A stretch of 64,000 nt of DNA from Candidatus Aenigmatarchaeota archaeon (GTDB lineage Archaea; Aenigmatarchaeota; Aenigmatarchaeia; CG10238-14; SCSR01), in NCBI GenBank assembly GCA_030615205.1, contig JAUWZS010000001.1:209492-273491 (forward strand), read 5' to 3'. Positions 54,810-64,000 of this stretch are shown piece by piece. The position numbers and the translations under genes are program-made. A model generated the notes under the pieces. It was not told where the DNA came from, did not search any database, and saw nothing but the letters and a program-made list of their open reading frames with translations. Each line of letters opens with the position of its first letter. Position 1 is the stretch's first letter.

Positions 54810-55220
54810 ATGAAAGACGTGAAAAAACTCGAGTTAGATTTATATGACGAATCTACTGGCTCTAAGCAAAGTCGTAAATCAATCTTAGGGAGGAGGATAG
54901 ACGGAATAAAAAATTACTTTACTAAACCATCCACACATGGAGGATTTTATTTTTCAGGCATTGGTTGCTTTATAGGAGGGCTAGGAGGTTTGGTGAAGGG
55001 GTTTACCTCTTCTTTGTATTCAGACGCTCCGGAAATTATAACAAAGTTTTCAGTTGGAGACTGGCAAGGAGCCATATATCAGTTCGCTGGCTCAGCTACA
55101 AAATCTTTTTTTAATGCTGCATACACGGCCGGTGCTGGAGGGTTCATAGGATATATTGGTGGTTCAATTATAACAGGAAAAATTTGGGATTCGTTGGTTT
55201 CTTTTTTTGGATTTAAGTAA
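54810..55220 (+). CDS. glycine-zipper membrane protein (hypothetical)
   Basis: GGFYFSGIGCFIGGLGGLVKG and GAGGFIGYIGGSIITG are Gly-zipper TM segments. Confidence 0.45.
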   Translation: MKDVKKLELDLYDESTGSKQSRKSILGRRIDGIKNYFTKPSTHGGFYFSGIGCFIGGLGGLVKGFTSSLYSDAPEIITKFSVGDWQGAIYQFAGSATKSFFNAAYTAGAGGFIGYIGGSIITGKIWDSLVSFFGFK

Positions 55221-55241
55221 ACGAAATAGGAGGTGACCTGA

Positions 55242-55547
55242 TTGGAGAACTCGAATGGAAAAAATAGATTGGAAGCTGGGTCAAGTGGAGCTGTAGAAAA
55301 GGCCGGATATTCTAAAAAGGCCGAAGGTCCGCTGTCCTACGGTTGGTTTTCCTTGGGCCAATCCAGAGGGATCAAATGGACTCTTTGGAAAACAAGCGTG
55401 ACTCTTCAAAGGAGAGAAAAACAAGGCGATAATTGGCTTACAACAGAGGAGCTTCATGTTGCCCCAAAGGTTCTGAAAGAATTAGTTTGGCGAATACCCT
55501 CTTGGCTTGAATCTATAGAAAAAAATAATGGGAGAAGAGGTAAATGA
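55242..55547 (+). CDS. hypothetical protein
   Basis: TTG-start ORF. Its 4-nt overlap with the next gene supports an operon. Coding status is uncertain. Confidence 0.3.
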   Translation: MENSNGKNRLEAGSSGAVEKAGYSKKAEGPLSYGWFSLGQSRGIKWTLWKTSVTLQRREKQGDNWLTTEELHVAPKVLKELVWRIPSWLESIEKNNGRRGK

Positions 55548-55747
55548 GTGATGAAAATGATAGCATACTCAAAAAATTAAAGCCATTCTATGGATTCGCT
55601 TTGGGTATTGCTGTAGCACTGGGTGGAGAGCGTCTTATAGTTTATCTAAAAGACAAGTACCACGAAAACAAAAAGAGAGAATTGCAAGAACTCGCGGACA
55701 TAATCGTTAAAAGATATAAGCAAGAAACTGAACCGGAGTCAGGATAA
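55544..55747 (+). CDS. small single-TM protein
   Basis: 67 aa. TM FYGFALGIAVALGG followed by a charged tail. Confidence 0.4.
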   Translation: MSDENDSILKKLKPFYGFALGIAVALGGERLIVYLKDKYHENKKRELQELADIIVKRYKQETEPESG

Positions 55748-55749
55748 GA

Positions 55750-56157
55750 ATGGAGTACATGCTAAAGGTACTCAATTTAGAAAAAGAAATTGATAAACTG
55801 AGAGTCGTGGATCAAGGCCATATCGAGTATATTGATTTGAAAAAAAAGCTTAAGGGCCTTGATAGTTTCGCACGGAAGATATCAGAGACGGATCTAAGAG
55901 AGTCGGATAGATATAGCTTCCTGGAAAGAGTGAAAGAATATAAAAGTAGAATTGAACAGTACAAGGCCAAGGCCGGTTCAAATAATGTAAAATCCGACAC
56001 GGCACAAACAATTATTTCTTTTTTGCTTGGGATTTTTTCTGTTGTGGTAGGGGTTAAATTGAAGGAGATGTACAAGCTTTATAGGGTTCGGAGAATGGCC
56101 AAAGAAGCTAACTTCATTTATGAAAAACTTTCTGGAGTTGAGTCGACCAATGAGTAA
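55750..56157 (+). CDS. coiled-coil protein with C-terminal TM
   Basis: 135 aa. Helical heptads, then the TM IISFLLGIFSVVVGV. Confidence 0.4.
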   Translation: MEYMLKVLNLEKEIDKLRVVDQGHIEYIDLKKKLKGLDSFARKISETDLRESDRYSFLERVKEYKSRIEQYKAKAGSNNVKSDTAQTIISFLLGIFSVVVGVKLKEMYKLYRVRRMAKEANFIYEKLSGVESTNE

Positions 56158-57052
56158 ACATATAAAAATGGCTAAGCAAGAAGTAATTCAGAGAGATATT
56201 GAAATTTTTCAAGAAGGTCTTAAAAATGGTGAAGAGGGTGGAGTAATGGAGCGAGAGGAGATTTTGCGTACGTTAGTAAGTTGTGGTCTTAGCGAATACG
56301 AGTCCAAAGTGTATTCTTCTTTGGTCTTTTTGGGGCCTTCTAAAGCAGGGACTATAAGCCGAGAGTCAAAAGTCCCCCAATCAAAAATATACGAAGTTTT
56401 AGATCAACTTACGAATAAGCAGCTTGTCGAGGTTTTTGATGGTAGGCCGAAAGAATTCAAAGCAACCGAGCCGGAGATCGCACTGAAAAACCTTTTAGAA
56501 GAAAAAATGAATGAAATAGACACATTAAAATCAAAAGTACAATCAATGAGCAACTTTCTAAAACCTCTGAAGAAGGATCAAGTCCTCGGAGGCGTGTGGA
56601 CGATAAAAGGTGAAAAATTCAAAGAATTTTTCAACAAAACCGCCGAGATGTTGGACAGAAGTGAAAAATATGTCTATGCAATTACACGTGATTTTTCTCG
56701 ATCAGCTTCTATGGCAGGAGCAGTAAAAAAATGTATAAAGCGTGGAGTAAAAATTCGTGTGATAGGCATGGAAAAAATAAGCAAGAGAAATTATTATAAA
56801 GCGTTGTGGTACAAAGAGCAAGGAATAAACCTTAGATTTTTCGAAACGAAAGTTCACCCAAGGATAATAGTTGTCGATGGAAAAGAAATCCTGCTACGCT
56901 TGGATTATAACCCACAAAAACGCAATAGGTTCCGATTCGATTCGCTATGGTCAGAAGACGTCTCGCTAGTCACTGTGATCGATAATTATGTTAAAAACAT
57001 GTGGGGAAATGCAAACACGATTAATTTCAGGAAAATTCCAATCTCTTTATAG
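56150..57052 (+). CDS. trmB: TrmB-family transcriptional regulator
   Basis: GLSEYESKVYSSLVFLGPSKAGTISRESKVPQSKIYEVLDQLTNKQLVEV is the TrmB wHTH, followed by a C-terminal PLD-like effector domain. Start ATG at 56150 (8-nt overlap with the upstream gene); the longer alternative is 56120. Confidence 0.8.
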   Translation: MSKHIKMAKQEVIQRDIEIFQEGLKNGEEGGVMEREEILRTLVSCGLSEYESKVYSSLVFLGPSKAGTISRESKVPQSKIYEVLDQLTNKQLVEVFDGRPKEFKATEPEIALKNLLEEKMNEIDTLKSKVQSMSNFLKPLKKDQVLGGVWTIKGEKFKEFFNKTAEMLDRSEKYVYAITRDFSRSASMAGAVKKCIKRGVKIRVIGMEKISKRNYYKALWYKEQGINLRFFETKVHPRIIVVDGKEILLRLDYNPQKRNRFRFDSLWSEDVSLVTVIDNYVKNMWGNANTINFRKIPISL

Positions 57053-57064
57053 GAATTTTAAAAA

Positions 57065-58579
57065 TTAGCTCGTTATCTGTATAATCGGTTTGCTCAAAGT
57101 CGTATTTGTTCCCATGTGCTCAACTGCCACGCGATGCTCTCCTTTCACAATACGGAGCGTGCCATTCAAATCGACATTTGAATATGGTATTACCAGCTTC
57201 TGTTTTTTTCGATTAGTCCTGCTAATTTTTATATTATCAAAGCTTGTGACCCCGTCCGGATTTGCTAGTACTATGGCGGCATTTGGTGTTTTTGCACCTA
57301 TGCTCTGCGAGCCGCTTTCAATTACCTTCTTCGTACTAAGTTCATATTCAGCCGCGATTTCATCCGAGCTTAGAGAAACATTCCAGATTTTTACTTCGTC
57401 GATAATGCCGTTGAAATATCCCTGAGTACTGTTACCTATTGATACTGGTGAAGTAGTATTAGTAATAGCACCTGTCAATGGGTCATTATTGCTTTCAATA
57501 CCGTTGATATAAACTCTTTGGTGAGCACCATCATAGGTAAATGCTACATGTGTCCATTGATCATTTGGAACTGTATTATCAGAAGAATAAGTTGCATAAG
57601 TAGCTCCCTGACGATTAACCCAAGCACCAATTTTATTAGGAGTATCTATAGTTACTTCGAATGTGTTTGCTTTTACTACTAAACCAATATTTGGGCTTTG
57701 GTCAGATGGAGATTTAACCCATAATGCTACTGTAATTTCACTAAAATTTAAACTCGGCGAATCAGAAACTTTAACATAATCATTCACACCATCAAACTTC
57801 AGACAGCTTAATCCAGCTTTGCAATCAGAATAGCTTTGCCAGCCACTTGTCGAATTCCCAGTAGTGTTCATATCCGTTAGTGTTCCATTGTTCAAATTAC
57901 CGGACCAATCATATGCTTTGCTGCCTGTCCGGTTGTCAAACGTCCAAAATCCGACGAGCCGCTCTGGGTTCGCAGGGAGCACGAATATTTGTCCGCCTGT
58001 TCCGCCACTCGAATTGTATATATCGCCAGAGAATTTGTAATTTTCAAGCGTGCTAAGATTATGATAAGCTAGGCCACCGTTGCCCTTGTATTTGTAATTA
58101 TCAACAATCCATTGACCAGATGTGTTTGTCCACACAGGATCAGCTTTGCTATCTTCAACATACCAGTTGAAAAAATCTAGGAAAACACTGCCACGTTCGA
58201 TGTATATGTCACCTTTTCTTCCTGTCAAGTACATGTGTTCAGACGGGTCATATGTGAATACGAGCGAATCAGTCGCTGCATTGATACTGTACTCACCTCC
58301 AGAAACAGAGACTGACACAGTCCGCTTGGAGCCTTCTGCTTCAGATGAAACTTCCTTTATAACACTGTTCAACAAATTCAAATTCTGAAAAGCGTCTGTT
58401 ATTACTGAGGAATCTTCAACGCGGTTGAATATGGGGTTTACAACTCCCAAAACCAGAGTTAGCATCAATACACCAAGCAGAATTGTTAAAACAGATGCGA
58501 TAAATGGACTAATTCCCTTTCGGTTCAAACTCATGCTAGACTCCCTGCTCAACAACTTTTCTATATAAATAGATTTCAT
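57065..58579 (-). CDS. archaeal type IV pilin-like protein fused to a LamG/concanavalin-like domain
   Basis: Class III signal peptide NRKG-ISPFIASVLTILLGVLML. The C-terminal half has LamG-like strands (LKFDGVNDYV...WTHVAFTYDG...VYINGI...IDEVKIWN). Confidence 0.75.
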   Translation of the reverse strand: MKSIYIEKLLSRESSMSLNRKGISPFIASVLTILLGVLMLTLVLGVVNPIFNRVEDSSVITDAFQNLNLLNSVIKEVSSEAEGSKRTVSVSVSGGEYSINAATDSLVFTYDPSEHMYLTGRKGDIYIERGSVFLDFFNWYVEDSKADPVWTNTSGQWIVDNYKYKGNGGLAYHNLSTLENYKFSGDIYNSSGGTGGQIFVLPANPERLVGFWTFDNRTGSKAYDWSGNLNNGTLTDMNTTGNSTSGWQSYSDCKAGLSCLKFDGVNDYVKVSDSPSLNFSEITVALWVKSPSDQSPNIGLVVKANTFEVTIDTPNKIGAWVNRQGATYATYSSDNTVPNDQWTHVAFTYDGAHQRVYINGIESNNDPLTGAITNTTSPVSIGNSTQGYFNGIIDEVKIWNVSLSSDEIAAEYELSTKKVIESGSQSIGAKTPNAAIVLANPDGVTSFDNIKISRTNRKKQKLVIPYSNVDLNGTLRIVKGEHRVAVEHMGTNTTLSKPIIQITS

Positions 58580-58621
58580 TTTTCCAGTAAATTAGTATTG
58601 CGATGTTAGTAGATGTAAACG

Positions 58622-59308
58622 CTAGTGTATGTTGATGGGTTTCTGGTATTTTTTTATATGTGTGGCGTCTTGGCTCACTAATGAGGCGTAGAAAAAGCCG
58701 ACATAGACATCCTTGTTCGTTTTTGTTGTTACTGTTATGCTTTCGGTTATGCTAGTTGCTGCATCACCGGCTGTGCTGTTGTACGTCAAGTTCAGCTCAT
58801 ATTGCGTGCCTGGGGTTATTGTAAAATTGGTATCCCACCTTTCATAATTTATAATATCGCTCTTAGTGTCAGATTGGCCGACAATGGTAAGGTTCGCGTC
58901 TATCGTACTGTCAATCATGTTTATCAGGCTCACGTTCATTGCGTTTATTGTTTTGTTCGATATGACGCCGATGTATAAAAATGTGAAGCTCATAGAATGC
59001 TCTGCCATTTTACGCTCAGTGAAATTCGCAAAATCGAAAACATTTTTAGTTATATTTTGCGGGTCATAGTAGGAAAATCTCAATGTGTTGTTTAGCTCGT
59101 TCACTATATTTTCAAAAATATCATTCTCAAATCTTACTTCTAAAATTTCTTTCTCTTTCTTAGCACCCGGACTTGCAGTGTTAAACTTAATAATGACTAA
59201 TGAAGCAACTATGACAACTGCAGCGATTAAAAACATTTGGCCTTTTGATTTTCTTTTTCTTTTCTTCGCTTTCAATATATTATCGGATAAGGTCCACAAA
59301 TTAATCAA
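58622..59308 (-). CDS. type IV pilin-like protein
   Basis: Basic stretch then KGQ-MFLIAAVVIVASLVII (class III signal-like), followed by a sequon-rich beta domain. Confidence 0.55.
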   Translation of the reverse strand: MINLWTLSDNILKAKKRKRKSKGQMFLIAAVVIVASLVIIKFNTASPGAKKEKEILEVRFENDIFENIVNELNNTLRFSYYDPQNITKNVFDFANFTERKMAEHSMSFTFLYIGVISNKTINAMNVSLINMIDSTIDANLTIVGQSDTKSDIINYERWDTNFTITPGTQYELNLTYNSTAGDAATSITESITVTTKTNKDVYVGFFYASLVSQDATHIKKYQKPINIH

Positions 59309-59696
59309 ACCCCCACATAAAAACTCTAATTTCCTTTGGTGTATAATTCCCGACTTTACCGGCCAGAAAATAGCCTACAGTTATAATATTTTCTGAGCTT
59401 ATGCTAGGCACAACTGTTAGATTTGATGTTTTGTTGTAGATGGTTACATTGTAATTCAAGTAAGTAGATATATACGAACTCAGCTCAGATTCTATAGCCG
59501 TTGCGTTGTTGTCAAGCGCGTTTTTTCTTAAATTACCCACATCATCAGATATTTTTAAGGCATCGTAGATTCTCAGCTTGTAATTGGCTTTGCTTAACTC
59601 TAAAGTTTCCAGAGGCCTTTGGAAAAAAAACACAAGTGTTACAACTATCATTGCAACTGCTATTGCAGCTTCTAAAGTATAAAATGTGCCTCTCAT
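59301..59696 (-). CDS. type IV pilin-like protein
   Basis: MRG-TFYTLEAAIAVAMIVVTLVFF is a prepilin-type N-terminus. 8-nt overlap with the downstream gene. Confidence 0.6.
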   Translation of the reverse strand: MRGTFYTLEAAIAVAMIVVTLVFFFQRPLETLELSKANYKLRIYDALKISDDVGNLRKNALDNNATAIESELSSYISTYLNYNVTIYNKTSNLTVVPSISSENIITVGYFLAGKVGNYTPKEIRVFMWGFD

Positions 59697-59714
59697 CTTT
59701 AAGGTCGCCTCTTA

Positions 59715-60908
59715 TTAGCTTTCAACAATTTCTATTCTGAATTTGTAATCTTCTCCGGTAACATCCCTCAATTGGTCATAAGTTAGATTGTTCAAAGCGT
59801 TTAGTTTTTTCATAGAGATAACATCCTCTATTTTTTCTGGGAATGGTTTAACAACCAAGGGAGGTAATTCGAAATGTACCTCATCAACTTTCAACTGCCG
59901 AGTTATGCCTGCTGTAGAATTTACCATGTAAAATGTGATGTTGTAAATATAGTTGCTTGCATCGAATGTGCTCCAATCCTCCCACTCAGAAGAAGAAAGA
60001 TTTTTTTCAAAATGGTACCATATCGCATTGCTCATGCTGCTGCTGCTTATGCTTGTTGTTATCGTGTCGTCGCTCTCGCTTATGGAAACATTCACAGAAG
60101 ATATGCCACTTAGATCATCTACGTATATCCAAGAGTCAATATACCACCCATTGGAAACACCAGTTATAGCCGATCCAGGCTCATATTTCAATCCAAGTTT
60201 TTTGCTGTCAAATGTGTCCTTTATCTGCACGCTCGCAGCCCCGCGCATTTTGACTGTAGAATTTGTCTCTGGAGATGCGCTGGACCCGCCGTACCTGCTC
60301 CACGACGTCGTAGCTTCAGACCAACTATCTCCGCTCGACGACACCCAGCTAGATGTGCTGTAAGTCATTGTGTAATTTGCCCCAGGTACGCCGCTATCTT
60401 CAGAATAAAAAACTAAGAAAGATTTTTCCTCGCCCTGAGAAATGTTTACTTTGAATCGTATGTAGGACTCGTTCAAAAACTGGCCCGAGCAATTAACAGG
60501 GTTTACAAGTTCGTATTCGTACTCGTTTAAATTCGAATCGTACACACGTACAGTATTGTTCCATGTTATGTTCGAACACTCTTCGTCAAAAACCAAGTTA
60601 GCGATCACTGGTTCATTAGTTCTGGCAGCAGTCCCAAGTTCTTCGATTATGATTGGAATTTTGTATATACTTTTGGTCAGTCCCAGCTCAGATGGAACAT
60701 TGCCTGTATCTTCCCAATCAGCAGGCGTACCACTCGTGCTAAAAAACCTTTCAAACATATTTATTGCAGCATCCCTATATTCTTCTATGCTGATTTCTAC
60801 GGGAACTTTTACAAAATATCGAATTGACAAACCCAATATAAGTGCTATAAAGAACAGGAAAAATCCAATACTAACAGCCAAATCAACGTAACTCATCTTT
60901 TCACCCAT
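59715..60908 (-). CDS. membrane-anchored, sequon-rich beta-sandwich protein (pilus-associated?)
   Basis: N-terminal TM LAVSIGFFLFFIALILGL. Many N-x-S/T sites and a CBM/jelly-roll-like C-terminal region. Confidence 0.45.
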   Translation of the reverse strand: MGEKMSYVDLAVSIGFFLFFIALILGLSIRYFVKVPVEISIEEYRDAAINMFERFFSTSGTPADWEDTGNVPSELGLTKSIYKIPIIIEELGTAARTNEPVIANLVFDEECSNITWNNTVRVYDSNLNEYEYELVNPVNCSGQFLNESYIRFKVNISQGEEKSFLVFYSEDSGVPGANYTMTYSTSSWVSSSGDSWSEATTSWSRYGGSSASPETNSTVKMRGAASVQIKDTFDSKKLGLKYEPGSAITGVSNGWYIDSWIYVDDLSGISSVNVSISESDDTITTSISSSSMSNAIWYHFEKNLSSSEWEDWSTFDASNYIYNITFYMVNSTAGITRQLKVDEVHFELPPLVVKPFPEKIEDVISMKKLNALNNLTYDQLRDVTGEDYKFRIEIVES

Positions 60909-60927
60909 TATTCTACTGAATCTTATC

Positions 60928-63900
60928 TTACTCCCAGACGCATATTCGTACAGTCACCTTTTCTATTGAACCGTCAGGATTTTGTATAATCTTGGGGACT
61001 TCATAGCACCCGATGTTCTCAGCTTCTATCCTCTCTTTTTCTTCCTCACCATATACCACAGTCACAGTAAAGCTAGTGCTATTCCTCATAACCTTGCTGG
61101 TATTTTTATCTGTAACTTCTACAACCACGGTAAATGTTCCGAGTTCATTCGGTGCAGTAAACTGGCAATCGTATGCACCAGACGCATCAGTTGTATCTGT
61201 ACATTTTACATTTCCAGAAATCTTAGCTTCAACACTAGACAAGGTGATGTATCCGGTATCAATGTACCTCGCCTGTCCTGAAACGTTTATGCTATCTGCG
61301 TAGCTCACTTCGGTTGCATTCAAATCAACTGAAACTGTACCATTCTGCCATACTAGAAGCGTATAATTAATCTGAGATGAAGTATAATTTTGATTTTCCG
61401 TGGTGTCCGCCTTTATTAGATACCACCCAAGAGCCAAGTTGTCCGTGTCAGTATAATTAATAACAGAGCCTGTTCCAGATGCTATCTCTTGCAATCCATT
61501 TGTGTAGTTTGAGTATATCTTTACTGTTAACGAGCTAACATTGCTCGTGGCTGTTATGTTTGCTATATCACTCATATACTCGCTGTCACCTTCTGTTCCG
61601 TTCAAGAATAAACTGGTATTAGTTGCTGCTTTGTTTATTATGTAAGTTCCATTATGAACGTATGTAACCTCAAGCTTGGCAGCTTTAGAAGAGCTGCCGT
61701 CTATTGAGTACACTGTTTTGGAACCCAAACCACCAGTTCCTCTAAATCTGATACCAATATAATTAGAAGGGTTGTAACTAGTTCTATTAATGAACTCTTG
61801 AACTAGTGTGCTTATATTAGGACTCATATACTCAGTTTCTGCAGTCCAGGGACCTATGTTCCAGTTAACAGTGGTATCTGTTACTGTCCATCCATAAGGA
61901 TTTGAAGAAAAGGCAGGACAACTGTCGTAGTCAAGAAGTTTAATATCCGTATTCACAGTACCAGAACTGCTATCGTAAGCCACTCCTATAAAATATGCTG
62001 AGACAATTGTTGAATCAGCAGGTATATAAATAGACCATCGGAAATATCCTCGGGTTAAATCATCATACCACCATCTAACCCAGCCCACTGTTCTCCAATG
62101 ATTTGAAGACATAGCATAATCATCATCCAAACTCGATGAAACCTGGTATATAACTGTGACTCTTGTTGAATTCCAATTATCATTAGTATCATTACCATAC
62201 CATACATAGCTGAAAGTACCAGCAGGTAAATCATCGAATGTTTTATTATAAACATTTCCTTCCTTAGAAATTTCTCCCAAAGAATAAGTGTAATTTGTCC
62301 CATTAAACTCAAGAATAACATCGCTTACTGCTACGTTGTCAGTCCATGTCGCGTTGAACTGATAACTCTGGCCTGGTTGATAAGTTGAACCTGATGCTGG
62401 TGATACTTGCAGATTTGACCATTGAGGAGCTATATTTATGCTGAATGTATTAATATTGGTTACATTCTCATTCCCGTTTGTATCGTTGTAATATATTCGC
62501 CAGCCAACTATCGTCCCTTCTGCCACAGAGTTGTTCGTCCATGTGAAGTTTGACCATGTCCATGTCTGAGAAGCATCTTGCATATCTATCGGTGAGGGAT
62601 ATGAACTTGATTCTTCGCTTCCCCAATCTTCATGAGAAGGTTCAGAGCCAATAATTTTTCTAACGAGTACCCAGTCAATCTTGATATTATTGCCGTTGTC
62701 ATTCCAAGTGAGAAATGTTATGTTTGCATTTTCTTCCATAATGTAAGTTGAGTGTATTCCTAAGAGAGTGGAATCCTTGTAGAATTCATGAGAAGTTCCG
62801 CCAATTCTTCTTATTTCATAAGTGCGATAATTAGTATGGTCTGTGGTCTCTGGTCTGTCCTGTTCATTAGTTCCAGCTTCCTCACTTGTGATTTCTAACG
62901 CATCATCTGTGCTTATATGGTGGATGCTCATCGTATTATCATCATCATACGCATTTTGCATCCATACTCGCCTAGTAACTGGACGGTAATAGCTTCGTGT
63001 AGCAGTATCATTAGTAGAAACAAAATCTAAAGACTTTATCCAAGAATTTATGCCACCACTCCTCGTAACGGTGCAGATGCTATCTGATACTGAAACACTT
63101 CCGATTGAAGACCATTTGTTGGTGTCTAAAGCAACCCCTAAAAAGTCATCAAAGAAGATGAATGTGTTAGTTCCATTGCTTGTTGTTGTCGCATCGTTTT
63201 TACCATAATAAATGTAAATCGTGTTATCAGTTACATTAGAGATAAAAGGAATCTCAACCCAGAAAGTGGCATTTTCTCCAGTATAATTTTTTTCTATCCA
63301 ATAATCGAGTTCATAGTCAGTGCTATTAATGAATCTTATATCTCCGAAATCACTTCTTGCTTTATTGTCTATGTAGAGAGTTGCTCCGGAATCAGTTCCA
63401 CTTCCGTTGATGACTGTGATGTTCATTTGATAGTTTGTTTGGTTTCCTGCTGAGCTTCCGTTTATTTTATGCTGTTTACGGTAGTTCCAACTTGAATTCC
63501 ACCAGCCAGAAACCTCAGTTTTATTCTCCCACTGCCCACTCTCATTTGTACTAAGCAAAGCCCAATCCAAAGCTGTCTCATCATATCCTTGAGCAGTCAG
63601 ATTTATAGATTCCCATTGATTGATGATATTATCAGTATCATTTGTGGTTTGATTGCGCCAGAGTGGTGGGGTTCTATCGATTGTAACAAAACTGAAGGTT
63701 TCAGAGACATTCCAGTTGTCGCTAGTATCATTGGCATATACTCTCCATTTTATAGTCTTTCCACCTTCTGAATTTATTATCTTAGTTACATTGCTCCAAT
63801 TTCCAGTTCCTGTCATAGAAACCCAAGTATCATTTGTCCATCCAGTTTCTTCGCTTCCCCAACCTCCATGGCTAGGCTCAGGGGAACTGTATTTTCTGTA

Positions 63901-64000
63901 TAAACCATAGTCCCTCAATGTTCCTGTTTGCTCCATGACTATTGATTCTGTGAAGTCAAATGTTTTTAAAACATTGTCCCCGCTGTCTAAAATTTGCATA
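60928..64000 (-). CDS. giant surface adhesin-like protein (DUF2341-like + LamG/Ig-like modules), probably 5'-truncated by window edge
   Basis: At least 1023 aa. It opens mid-module at the window edge with no signal peptide. DUF2341-like module WNYRKQHKING...IYIYYGKN...FIFFDDF. Linkers RKYSSPEPSHGGWGSEE and RKIIGSEPSHEDWGSEE. Very dense N-x-S/T sequons. Confidence 0.7.
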   Translation of the reverse strand, partial: MQILDSGDNVLKTFDFTESIVMEQTGTLRDYGLYRKYSSPEPSHGGWGSEETGWTNDTWVSMTGTGNWSNVTKIINSEGGKTIKWRVYANDTSDNWNVSETFSFVTIDRTPPLWRNQTTNDTDNIINQWESINLTAQGYDETALDWALLSTNESGQWENKTEVSGWWNSSWNYRKQHKINGSSAGNQTNYQMNITVINGSGTDSGATLYIDNKARSDFGDIRFINSTDYELDYWIEKNYTGENATFWVEIPFISNVTDNTIYIYYGKNDATTTSNGTNTFIFFDDFLGVALDTNKWSSIGSVSVSDSICTVTRSGGINSWIKSLDFVSTNDTATRSYYRPVTRRVWMQNAYDDDNTMSIHHISTDDALEITSEEAGTNEQDRPETTDHTNYRTYEIRRIGGTSHEFYKDSTLLGIHSTYIMEENANITFLTWNDNGNNIKIDWVLVRKIIGSEPSHEDWGSEESSSYPSPIDMQDASQTWTWSNFTWTNNSVAEGTIVGWRIYYNDTNGNENVTNINTFSINIAPQWSNLQVSPASGSTYQPGQSYQFNATWTDNVAVSDVILEFNGTNYTYSLGEISKEGNVYNKTFDDLPAGTFSYVWYGNDTNDNWNSTRVTVIYQVSSSLDDDYAMSSNHWRTVGWVRWWYDDLTRGYFRWSIYIPADSTIVSAYFIGVAYDSSSGTVNTDIKLLDYDSCPAFSSNPYGWTVTDTTVNWNIGPWTAETEYMSPNISTLVQEFINRTSYNPSNYIGIRFRGTGGLGSKTVYSIDGSSSKAAKLEVTYVHNGTYIINKAATNTSLFLNGTEGDSEYMSDIANITATSNVSSLTVKIYSNYTNGLQEIASGTGSVINYTDTDNLALGWYLIKADTTENQNYTSSQINYTLLVWQNGTVSVDLNATEVSYADSINVSGQARYIDTGYITLSSVEAKISGNVKCTDTTDASGAYDCQFTAPNELGTFTVVVEVTDKNTSKVMRNSTSFTVTVVYGEEEKERIEAENIGCYEVPKIIQNPDGSIEKVTVRICVWE

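Overview
This is a low-GC archaeal chromosome segment. tRNAs with multiple and non-canonical introns, archaeal-type ribosomal, Nop5/fibrillarin, Spt5 and RpoD genes, and giant DUF2341/LamG surface proteins suggest a small-genome, DPANN-like lineage. That lineage call is inference only.

Coordinates 1-33.8 kb are an ordinary, tightly packed informational core. They hold nucleotide-sugar genes, family-B DNA polymerase next to a DP1-like small subunit, Hjc, Kae1, Hel308, Nop5-fibrillarin, the L1/L10/P1/L11-Spt5-SecE-FtsZ block, the S13-S4-S11-RpoD block, L7Ae-S28e-L24e, GluRS, and three intron-containing tRNAs.

Coordinates 34.0-42.3 kb differ. About 18 short ORFs sit in alternating strand modules. 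They include at least seven small wHTH/HTH proteins, two P-loop NTPases, Zn-finger peptides, several repeat arrays, a candidate structured RNA and an AT-rich iteron region. The block ends just upstream of a two-intron initiator tRNA-Met. I read it as a putative integrated plasmid- or virus-like element of an unrecognised family; no integrase or capsid gene is recognisable.

Coordinates 43-51 kb encode a giant secreted DUF2341/LamG protein and a glycosylation cluster. Coordinates 51-57 kb hold small regulators, an M29 aminopeptidase, a roughly 50-nt intergenic element present three times, and a small membrane-protein operon. Coordinates 57-64 kb are a type-IV-pilin-like operon led by a second giant adhesin that is cut by the window edge.

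No CRISPR array, rRNA gene or recognisable transposase is present. All calls come from reading the translations and the sequence by eye; no database search was run.
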